DNA of 62,730 nucleotides, filler included, from Nemertoderma westbladi (lineage: Eukaryota; Animalia; Xenacoelomorpha), in assembly GCA_032718475.1 (NCBI GenBank). It is 3 parts of 3 records of this genome, joined end to end, with 100 filler letters (N's around TTAATTAATTAA, not from the genome) between each part and the next. Parts side by side here need not be neighbours in the genome. Positions count along the whole stretch, not along the records: positions 48,787 to 62,730 come from JAUCBJ010005591.1; 2 more parts are not named here. One strand, written 5' to 3'. Made by a program: the position numbers and the translations under genes. The notes below the pieces were generated by a model, which saw nothing but the letters and a program-made list of their open reading frames with translations, ran no database searches and was not told the origin of the DNA. This document shows positions 52,566 to 62,730 of the stretch, piece after piece; position 1 is the first letter of the stretch; each line of letters opens with the position of its first letter.

Positions 52566-55220
52566 CTAAGGTCCATGCATTTCTTTCATAGATGCCACAG
52601 ACTCATGTTTAGAATTAGGTGCTGGCTGTCGCTTCATCAATGGATAACTCGGTGTGATGACCTCAAACGACTCTGGGTCATCATCCACCGCGCATAGTGG
52701 TCGAATATTAATAGCCGCCTCTGCTTCTAAACCTTTTGCGCAATACATAATTCTGTGACCGGATGATGTGTTGCTATAGCTCGGAGGTGTCTCCTGCCTG
52801 CTGTACCAATCATTCTTTCCCACACCCCTGAAGCGTGTGGGGCATAAAGGCCCATTTATACTCGGCCGTGAGGTCAACGTACGTATTCACCGTACGGTCG
52901 TACGGAATCTGCGCAGTTGTTTCTAACGGAATCTGCGCAGTTGTTTCAAACGGAATCTGCGCAGTTGTTTTGCGACCGTATACGTCCACCGTAAGGCATT
53001 GGATGCTTACCGTGCCGGTGAACGTACGACGGAGATGCCATCGTTAACGCGACCTGATCGAATAGAAAATATTTCTATTCGATTAGGTTGCCGTACGACA
53101 CTGTGCGTGATACCTTTTTGCATTGTGAAGGCCTATAATTATAATCTTTATGTAAAACAACAGTCCGAAATACTAATGTATGGTGGCCAATGAGTATCAC
53201 ACAAAAATACAAATTAAATTAAAAAAGAAATAAAATTAAATTTAAAAATGTTAAAAATTTATTTAAAAAAATTTCATAAAAGAGAAAATAGAAAAATTAA
53301 ATATAAAACTAATGAAGAAAAAAAAAAGAAAATTTTTTGTCAAAAAATATAACTTGTAATAAAAGTACTGTTTGTTGCTGTTGGTGGCACATTATCAGTA
53401 TTAATCCATGGAAATGTTTATCATTTTACCAGCCCATCAGTATCACTTCCAATACCGGTATCCGAAATTGGAAGTGATACTGATGGGCTGGTAAAATGAT
53501 TTGCATTTGATCTAGTAAATAAATCATCATCAGTATCACTTCCGCAAATAAATCATGTATTGGGTATTTTGGCTTAGCTGGGTGATATAAAGCGAGAATA
53601 CATGATAAACATTTATATGGATTGATACAGATGTGCCACCAACAAACAGTATGTGTTTTTTATTTATTAATTTTTCTTCATTATTTTTATATTTATTTAA
53701 TTAATTAATTAATTTTTTATTTTATAAATTTGTTTAAAATGAATTTTTTTAATTTTTTAATTTAATTTAATTTGTATTTTTGTGTGATACTCATTGGCCA
53801 CCATAACTAGTATTTCGGACTATTGTTTTACATAAAGATTATAATTATAGGCCTTCACAATGAAAAAAGGTGCACACACACAGTGCCGTACGGTAACCTG
53901 ATGGTCGAATAGAAATATTTCTACTCGACCCGGCCGCCGTATGGCGTTAAAGCTGTGGCAACGTGTACGTTCACCGGCATGGTAAGCATCCGATGCCTTA
54001 CGGTGGTCGTATACGACAAAAAAGTTGCCATAATTATCGGAATGCATCCTCCGAACAGCTTCATAACGACACATGAATCGTATCACAGCATTGATGAATG
54101 ATGCATCTGCAATTGCACTTTGTACTAACTCAAGTGACATAGATCTTGAGTTGTAACAAACGAATACCAAACTATATCGTTTCTCCATATGGCGTTTCAA
54201 CTGAACCATAAAATGCATCGGCGACGTACTGCAGCCAGTGTGGCATTGATCCCACTATGCAGCACTGTAGTGTGTATGTCCCGCACAAAACTTCCGATTA
54301 TTGCTGGATCATTGGGTAATATGATGGGCGTGGTTGCCCCTAGTCTTTTACTCATATACTATGTTTCAGTTCCATGATGAGTATTCCATTGTCTAGGAAT
54401 GGACACAACCTCTTAAGTGTGATACGTTGAGGGATATTCTTACCTTCACAAAGCCGTCGTACTTCTTCGGGATATGCTTTCCTCTGAAGGTATCCAATGA
54501 TACCATTCTCGGCACCCTTCAAATCTATAATTGGCTTACTGGTTTTTGGCTTACTGGCTTACTGTTCGACAGAATTCGACCAGAACCATATATACCACAC
54601 GCTTGCATATGGTATACCAGGATCCACTGTAGCTCAACAGCCTCGGTGTGGTTCTAATGTGCACTATTCCATCTCCCACACTGTTAGATATGATAGTATA
54701 AAACACCACCTCATTTTTAACTCAAGTGTCCTTGCATACCACCCTTCCCTGGATTGGTTCCCATCACGTTACAATCTGGGAACAAGGCCACTCAGGTACA
54801 TTCTTAAAGAAAGTCGGTCCATGCCGCCATAAGGCGTCCTTCTCCTAATAGGGAACCTCTAGACTGCCGCGTGACACTAAGTCACCTGGATTTACTTCTG
54901 TTGGGCAATAATTCCACTGATCCAAACATGTTGTGGCTCGGATTTTATCAATCCGAATCATTCTGGATGTACCAGAGTCGACTTTTGTTGAATCTATCCA
55001 GTAGTGTGATGATAGCGCACACCGCAATGCCTTCCTTACCTGTTTCCTCTCGCACTCCTATCAGGGCTGCCATTAATTCTAGGCGTGGGATGGTTATCGC
55101 TTGTAATGGGCGGTTCTTGCTTTACTGTATACCATACGGTGGTGGTGTTCAGTTGATATGAATACACCACCGCCCCATACCTTTTCGTGAATGTGTCTGA
55201 AAACACATGCAACTCTTTCC
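52566..55220 (-). mobile_element. Decayed BEL/Pao LTR-retrotransposon pol (RNase H region and integrase), interrupted
   Basis: Colinear motifs ELHVFSD...YGAVVY (~55215-55165), TIPRLELMAALIG (~55095-55055), WNYCPTEVNPGDLVSRG, KRYSLVFVC..SRSMSLELV...RF...MHSDNYGNF and, after the insertion, EAAINIRPL...DP...VITP. Confidence 0.85.
52977..54015. mobile_element. ~1.04-kb foldback element inserted in the Pao integrase
   Basis: Arms of several hundred bp are reverse complements (e.g. cattgtgaaggcctataattataatctttatgtaaaacaa and ttgttttacataaagattataattataggccttcacaatg). There is an internal perfect 34-bp hairpin at 53420-53500. Confidence 0.85.
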
Positions 55221-56026
55221 ACCTAACTACTAACTCCCCGGTAGCCCTTCATCGGTATGGCACCGGAAACGCAAGCTATTACTGTCTTCCTGATACACTC
55301 TAATTTTCCCAAACTCTATCTAAATAAAATATGGATGCTTAAATTATAAATATTAGTTCCTTCCAATAGGTATTAATTTAATGACATCCCATTATATTTG
55401 GCCGAAGCATCGTTAACCGACCGCGGTTTTTTAACGGGAACCACTTGAAGTGGAAGGTAGTATGTTCGATCGTGTCAGGTTCGTCTGGCGGCAACTCAAT
55501 TGCCCACCCCTTTTGCAAACATTTTGCAACTATTTTCTAGAGCACAATAGATGGATGACACGATAGGTGGAGTTCGTTGGTTTTTATGACGGTGATGAAA
55601 ACGGCGATGACGACGTTGACAACGAAGCTGGGCAACGACGGTAGGAAACAATATGTATCTTCCATTAGCTACTGTAGAACAGTCAGACACGACCAGTGAA
55701 GTGATAAGTCATCATTCTTTTGGATATGATCATTTGTTTTTTGGAAAACTGATGGAAACTTCCCCTCGCTGAGAGGGCGAGCTTACCATCTATCGTGTCA
55801 CGATATGGGTGCGGCATCCCAGCTTATTGGTCTGGTCTACAGTAGCAGAACACATCTATAACATTGAATCAAACATTTCATTTACCTCTTAGATCAATAA
55901 AAGACGACTAAGTTCAGTAGGATTGACCAAAGTGGCAGCAGATGATGGTAGTGACAGATGGGAGGCCATGAGGACGTGAATTTCGGACATAGACATACAA
56001 GGTATCAGATAGTATTTCTTTTACTT

Positions 56027-56100
56027 GAGCTGCAAGTGGAATGGTTAGAGCGTCAGACTTCCAACCTGGACGTCACAACTTCGATCCCACCTGGACGTCA
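56027..56100 (+). mobile_element. Degenerate tRNA-derived (SINE-head-like) sequence
   Basis: A-box-like gtggaatggttagagcg and B-box-like acttcgatccc at tRNA-like spacing, without a convincing cloverleaf. Confidence 0.35.
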
Positions 56101-56650
56101 TTACTCATTGCTGACTTTGCAAAGCTGTGCCCAACGGAAGTTGTAAGTTTTAGTGTATTAAATTTGATTGATGGTTAAGCTGGGATTGCAGATTTTGTTA
56201 TGCCAGAATGCGCTGGAAAATATCACTCGAATTCCTTTGACTGATCTTATGGACTTTGAATGAATAACTGATCTTCGCATTTATTTTCATGGCAATAATG
56301 TACTTAGCCTCTTCCACACAATGTTGTTTATTTATTTGAAAAATATTACGACGCTAATAAACTACAACGTTCTCTGGCAAACGCACTAGATATTTGGTTG
56401 TTAAATAAATTACATAAACTGCGAGCGCGCCAGTTCTTTGTGGCGGCAGGGTGAAATGATCACATCTCATAATCAGTTATTGGGGCTCGTAACCATAACA
56501 TTAATCTCTGAAATTACAAAGTTAGTTGAGTATCGTCGAGTGTTTAATGATTGCCCCAAAAAGGGAAAATCCAAAATTCGGGTTCAAAAAAAATTAATCC
56601 CCATTATCTGCAATTTATCTTATCTATTATGTTTTTTTTTCTTGTTTTAC

Positions 56651-57468
56651 CGGTTCTTATAGTATAATACAGAATAGTATAGATAACACACTAGCCTCGG
56701 TTCTTATAGTATAATACAGAATAGTATAGATAACACACTAGCCTCGGTTCTTATAGTATAATACAGAATAGTATAGATAACACACTAGCCTCGGTTCTAC
56801 CGGTTCTTATAGTATAATACAGAATAGTATAGATAACACACTAGCCTCGCTTCTTATAGTATAATACAGAATAGTATAGATAACACACTAGCCTCGGTTC
56901 TTATAGTATAATACAGAATAGTATAGATAACACACTAGCCTCGGTTCTTATAGTATAATACAGAATAGTATAGATAACACACTAGCCTCGGTTCTTATAG
57001 TATAATACAGAATAGTATAGATAACACACTAGCCTCGGTTCTTATAGTATAATACAGAATAGTATAGATAACACACTAGCCTCGGTTCTTATAGTATAAT
57101 ACAGAATAGTATAGATAACACACTAGCCTCGGTTCTTATAGTATAATACAGAATAGTATAGATAACACACTAGCCTCGGTTCTTATAGTATAATACAGAA
57201 TAGTATAGATAACACACTAGCCTCGGTTCTTATAGTATAATACAGAATAGTATAGATAACACACTAGCCTCGCTTCTTATAGTATAATACAGAATAGTAT
57301 AGATAACACACTAGCCTCGGTTCTTATAGTATAATACAGAATAGTATAGATAACACACTAGCCTCGGTTCTTATAGTATAATACAGAATAGTATAGATAA
57401 CACACTAGCCTCGCTTCTTATAGTATAATACAGAATAGTATAGATAACACACTAGCCTCGCTTCTTAT
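56651..57468. repeat. 47-bp tandem repeat (cggttcttatagtataatacagaatagtatagataacacactagcct), ~17 nearly identical copies
   Basis: Direct periodicity; only a cgg/cgc variant and one short slippage insertion were seen. Confidence 0.97.
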
Positions 57469-58689
57469 CTTGGGTATATTTTCTAATTACTTTATATCGC
57501 ACAAATTCCTATTTCATATTGGGCGAGTCAATTTTTTCAAGGTTTCACCATTTTTCAAGCTTTTAAAAAGTGTTCTGCATTAATTAGCAATAGTGGACCA
57601 GACGCACCGTCTGTTGTAAGGATCCTACAAGAATGAGTTGTCCTGCGATAAAGTTTCCGAACGAGTTGCACCATGTTGTTGCCTTGTCCAACACCACTTA
57701 CAATAATTTAGTTTCATTATTTTCATAGATTCAACCCTAGGGCGGCGCAAAGGGAAAAGCGTAAATTACATTTTTTGGATCGTCTCAAAGAAATTACCTC
57801 AAAATGTGCTCGCATAAATATTTAATTTGCTGGATACAACTTAGCAAAACTGTGCTCAAAAATTACAACAATATGAGAAAGCTAATTCACATAAATATGA
57901 GACAAATAATAATTAATCTACACAGACATGTCTAAATAACGGCCAACAAATGTTATGACACACCCCGCGCAAATTTCCGTTATTAAGACCTATTTTTATT
58001 GCTGTGGAAACTCATTACATTTCAATAAAAATTTCACTTTTTTGGTGTAACATAAAATAACTACTTGCCGCCTGTCTATTTATATAATATTTGCATTCTA
58101 CTGTATTTGGTAAATGGTAATACTTAATAGTTCAAATGCGCAGTGCAGAGCAATATATTATAATTGTTTACTACTAAGATTAACCTGATGCCTTGGACTC
58201 TCTCTCTCCGGAGGTCGTCGGTTCGCTCCCCGCATGGCCTGGATGGGGACTAGAAGTGTAGTTATCGTTTCGGATCGAATGCTATAAGGGGACTCACCAT
58301 TGAGTATCTGCCTTGCACCCTTGATTGATAGCTGATTGAGTACGCGCTGTACTACACTACGGTGTTACAAACCGCACGCAACAACTCAATGTGAAAGGTT
58401 CGTTACTTTACTCACAAGATGTAAATTTGTTAATGAGTATCCTGTGGCTGTTGTGTTACGCCATGATGGCTACGTTCGTTCAAACATAAACGGGGATGGG
58501 ATGTATATTTATCTTACAGAGACCGATTCGTTGCCGTTCATAAACTTATATGACGTTAAAACGAAGAGATACAAACTTAATTGCTATCATGCCCCGAAAT
58601 ATCGATATTTGGGTGCAGAAAACTAGATTTAATGGACGATCTATTTATGACATCACAATTTATATTATTTAGGTAAATAAAGTATAAGT

Positions 58690-58998
58690 AAAGTGTAAGT
58701 GCCACAATATCCCACGCGACAAGGCCGAACACGGACGCCCTTCTGGTGGTGTAACAGTGGCTATAAACTTGAAATCACCAACATTGCAAGTATAATCGCC
58801 ATCCCTTGCGGTCAAAACAAATAATCTGGCAATAATCACTGGTTACTACAACCCTTCTACAGATGTCGCTATCAACATGGTGCGTTAAAAATGTTTCAAT
58901 CCGATATTAACTGCCGTCTGGATGGCCCTTGTTACCGCGGTGATCTCCTATGTAGCGGCCTACTGGCACTGGGTGACGGTTTACACTGCGTTAATGAC
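58690..58998 (+). mobile_element. LINE APE endonuclease remnant, 5' part
   Basis: Hand translation gives HGRPSGGVTVAIN, LAIITGYYNPS and SDINCRLD...RGDLL...GLHCVND across frameshifts. Confidence 0.7.
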
Positions 58999-61989
58999 AA
59001 GGGATGTCCCGGAATCGATATTTTGATTCCAGCCGGAACCGGAATTCAACATACCGGAGTATTGCATAATTAGTGAAATACACTAAATGACCTATGAAAC
59101 TTAAATAATTTTTTGTGAATTTTTTACATTGGTGGGCGTTGTAGTGGAGAGTGCTGTGGTCCGGAAGCAGGAGCAAGTTATTATGGGGCTGTGGAGGGAG
59201 GGGGGGGGGGGGGGGGGTTGGTTATTTCGGCCTATCTGGCCAGGTATTTTTACTACGTATTTTTACTGGCCAAAAGAGCTTGTTGTCATTTTGAAAATTT
59301 TCTAAAAAATTAGAATTTCGAAGGTATAAGGGTGTTCGAGGTCGCTGATCATGCTAAAACTTGTTAAAAATATTTGTTGGCATTGCAACCATTATTTGTT
59401 GCTATTCTGCTCCCCCAGGATGAAAAGTACAAGTTAAAAAATTTCAAACTAACAAATGTTGTGTTTGGATGGATAATTCTGAAGCTATAGAGGTTTTTGA
59501 GGTCGCTGATCACGATAGAACTTGTAAAAATATTTTATGGAAGTGTAAACATCTAATTTTTATCAATTTGCCCTACTTGTATTTTTCGTACAAATTTGGC
59601 ACATATTAAAAATACCACAATCAATCAGAAAATAAATTGTTTAGTGTCATATACGAATTCAGCTAAGCAGAAACCCAATAATGCCATCAAATCAGGTTAA
59701 TTTGTTATTGATTTATCATCATCAAAATATGCTAATTGTATTTTTCGTGCCACTTTACTTTGGCACATGTCCAAAAATGCCCCAATGAATCGGATATGAT
59801 ATGATATGAGTGTCATATTCACGATCAGCATCCCAGAAAATCCCTAATGGCAAAAAATCAATTTGATTTGGTGGTGATTTCCATTATCATATGTGGACTC
59901 CTTGTTTTTTTCTTATCATATGTGGACTCCTTGTTTTTTTCGTGCCCTAGGAGGCACATTCAAAATTACCAAAAATGTTCTCCAATGTTATATTATGAGT
60001 TCAATAATCGTGATCAGCATCTAAAAAACCGTTATGTACCACAAATAAAATAATTTAGGCGATGTTCGCGCTTTCAGACCTTTAGCAGTTTAACCTGCCA
60101 AATTTAGGTGTCTTCTAGGTTATAAATCGACTTTAGCCTATGACGAGTATTTGATACACTACATTAGCCGAAGCCAGTCTATGCGCGACCATTCACCCGC
60201 TGGATATACCCGGGAGACTGGATTCGGAAGCTCTGACCTTATTGCGGTGTAGGCCTACTGTATTATTCGACTGATCGTTAATATATAATCTCTGACAAAT
60301 ATTATTCACTTTCGGGAAATATCAACAGTTCCTTTAGGACGTGGCGCTCTAAATATGTAAACAGAGTTATGACTTACACTAGACACAACGGGATGGCTAT
60401 TGATTCACGTATAAAGCGCATTCTTTAGGAGATGCTTTGTTATCTGTCACAATCATGCACACTACCGCACAATGCTGCACACCGATCTGCCGACCTTCAC
60501 TAATTTTAGTCACATATAAAGAGAACAGCAACCGACACATGTAGTGCCTATGAAATAGCATTAGATTCACTCCAAAACCAATATAATGTAAGTCGCAATT
60601 GCTATATGTAACCTGTCTCTTACCTTCAGTATATCAAGAAGATTGGGGTTTTATAATTATTTATCGATATTATCCAAATATAATAATATTCCATCAACTG
60701 ATATAATTAATAACCGACAGTAAATAGCAGTAAAAAGGCGGTGTTTGTAGGTGACAATATGATTTGTAACAATATGTTTTGGTTTGGATTGATAACAGTT
60801 ATACGTTTCTATGAACAAAGCCTACTAATGTTTTGCTAAAGCCTGAAACACAGAAATTCCAAAGCCGGTTTTCTGGCATCAGGAAAACTACACACTGACT
60901 GAATTGCGTGAGTTTCTGTATACAATGTCCAACACAGAGTGAAAACCGCTCTGATTGGTCGACCGAACAAAGAACGAACAAAGAACAAAGAAAAAGTTAC
61001 ACGTGGACACAGCTGATAGATGTCGTCATCTTGAACTACACTGTATCAAGAGTATTTGGCTTATTGCGACATAAAATTGCTAGTTATGTCCGCTAAAGTA
61101 CACATACAGAAGAAATGGCTTTTTATGTCCACTAAAACACCGGTACAGTAAGGAAACGGCTTTTTATGTCCGCCAAAACACCTACAGAGCACTTTGCGGG
61201 GAAAATAACTAGCTAGATCCGCAAAAGCCTTTACAGGCGAGCCATTAAAACTTTTGAAAATTTTAGCTGAAAATACTGGAGATGGGTGCAAGAAAGTCCT
61301 CTTTCTTGTCTTTCGTGACAGCACGAAAATAAACATAGCTATGTTAATTTAAATTTTAGGAAAAGTCACGAAATGTTGGTTTTTCCCACCAAATGAATTA
61401 CAAAAAATATTCTCAATTAAAAGACAGTTTAAAAGACAGTTTAAACTATTTCATTTATTTTTTCAAAAACCTATAAATCTTGGCCAAAAGTTTAGTTTTT
61501 AGACTCAAACCTAAAAACCTTATAGTTTGCACACAACCTAAGGATTCCGTCATTAGGTCATTTGGAGCAATATCCTAGTGCCGTTAAAGAAAAGGATCAG
61601 TTTACAGTAATATGTTATTCGAACCAAAACAATAAATGAGAGTCAATTACATGTTACAGTTTAATTTTTGTGATAATGTAAATGTATACATAATGTGTGA
61701 TAATAATTTAACAAACTAATAATTGCAACTATCAAATTAGTTAGCAACCTTGTAAAAGCAAGCAAAGAGTCGGCCGAAGCCGGAGTCGACCCGAAGGCTT
61801 CTCTTTCGATAGCTTCTACCCGAGTGTAGGGGTGGGCGCTACTCCTATCCCAAGATTTGCTCCCAGTTATTTAACTGGTACTCCAACCTTGTAATTCCGG
61901 TAAAATTCCGGCCGGAATTGACCCCAATCCGGCAATTCCGGCCGGAACCGGAATCAGGCAAAAACCACCGGAATTCCGGGACATCCCTA
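58999..61989. mobile_element. Non-autonomous hAT-like element (~3 kb) with nested repeats
   Basis: TIRs aagggatgtcccggaat and attccgggacatcccta, subterminal ccggaa/ttccgg repeats, and an 8-bp TSD ttaatgac (58991-58998) / ttaacgac (61990-61997). Confidence 0.8.
60062..61205 (-). mobile_element. Unclassified ~1.15-kb dispersed repeat, copy 2 (nested in the hAT-like element)
   Basis: Reverse-complement homologue of 5690-6832. Confidence 0.75.
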
Positions 61990-62145
61990 TTAACGACCCA
62001 ACCACGCCAACCTACTACTGATGGAATGGCAGCAGTGTAATCGACCTTGTATTTGTCGATGAATGTCTCCTCAATGTATCTTCTATTAATATGGTGCATT
62101 GCATACTCTCAATACAAAACACCAACGAGACCATCTCCAAATCAG
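61990..62145 (+). mobile_element. LINE APE endonuclease remnant, 3' part (continues 58690-58998)
   Basis: NDPTTPTYY*WNGSSVIDLVFV...RDHLQI matches the APE C-terminal PT...S.IDL...SDH pattern and resumes exactly at the TSD. Confidence 0.75.
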
Positions 62146-62730
62146 CCTGAAACGTTTAATTTTCCGGTTTATGTTTATTCGGGATTGCTACTTAATCAAT
62201 TTATTAATTAATAATTTCAATATCTTTTTAGGGATGTACTTTACACTCCGATTTCCCAACTCTCGAGCCAGAATCCGTCGATGTTACTTCGTCTTTAGGA
62301 TCTTCCCTATCTTCTTTCCGTTTCCACCTCTTCTCGCGTTTCCTCGACTTCCCTTACCCTGAAAGAATTGTATTGAGCATTTTGTAAAATGATTTTACGA
62401 TGTTTAATAAGAACCGAGTCACGAAAGTAAACTAAAAAAAGTAAAGTTATCTTTGTACATTATTTCAGGGAATACGCACAAAGAATCACTTATTTCCAGT
62501 GCGATTCCCCCAGAACTACTGTATTCTGCCTAGAAGAAACTTACTCTTTTAGCGATCGTTTAAGGATGCAAGGCGCATAGATGAAACCGGGTTAACTTGA
62601 ACCCACGGTAGCCAGATATGTTAATTATAGGTAATGGGCTAAACGACAAGGATATCATCGCGGATATCATATCTCGTTCGAACGACTTTGCAGTATATTT
62701 TCTGGCGATTTATTATATGTATATGATATA

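Noticed and set aside
39823-57468. CRISPR-like arrays (43-bp and 47-bp repeats)
   Set aside because: Units are contiguous with no unique spacers, there are no cas genes, and the context is eukaryotic.
58185-58245. tRNA gene
   Set aside because: Only a B-box-like ggttcgctccc is present, with no complete cloverleaf. At most a SINE relic.
58891-59073. Cys-rich small protein exon
   Set aside because: A chimera of LINE endonuclease sequence and the left TIR of the hAT-like insertion.

Overview
AT-rich, repeat-dense eukaryotic (invertebrate-like metazoan) genomic DNA. It is made of three contigs joined by artificial 100-bp spacers (44 N + TTAATTAATTAA + 44 N at 28146-28245 and 48687-48786), so neighbourhood across those joins is unproven. 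Recognisable host genes are a 4-exon RCBTB1/2 orthologue (minus strand, 21610-24248), an intronless MCCC2 (49905-51599) and the first three exons of an ANF-receptor/receptor guanylyl cyclase-type protein (34955-36264). The rest is mostly decayed LINEs, a BEL/Pao remnant, several non-autonomous TIR elements (some nested, with readable target-site duplications) and large tandem arrays (24, 27, 43 and 47 bp units), which account for most of the ORF track. The most interesting signals: (i) the 24-, 27- and 43-bp arrays each sit inside, or start exactly at the end of, a transposable element and appear to be amplified pieces of its coding sequence; (ii) a frameshifted triple zinc-knuckle ORF with no pol lies behind a long G·U-rich hairpin. 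No prokaryote-type system (CRISPR etc.) is present. All calls come from reading the sequence; no database search was run.
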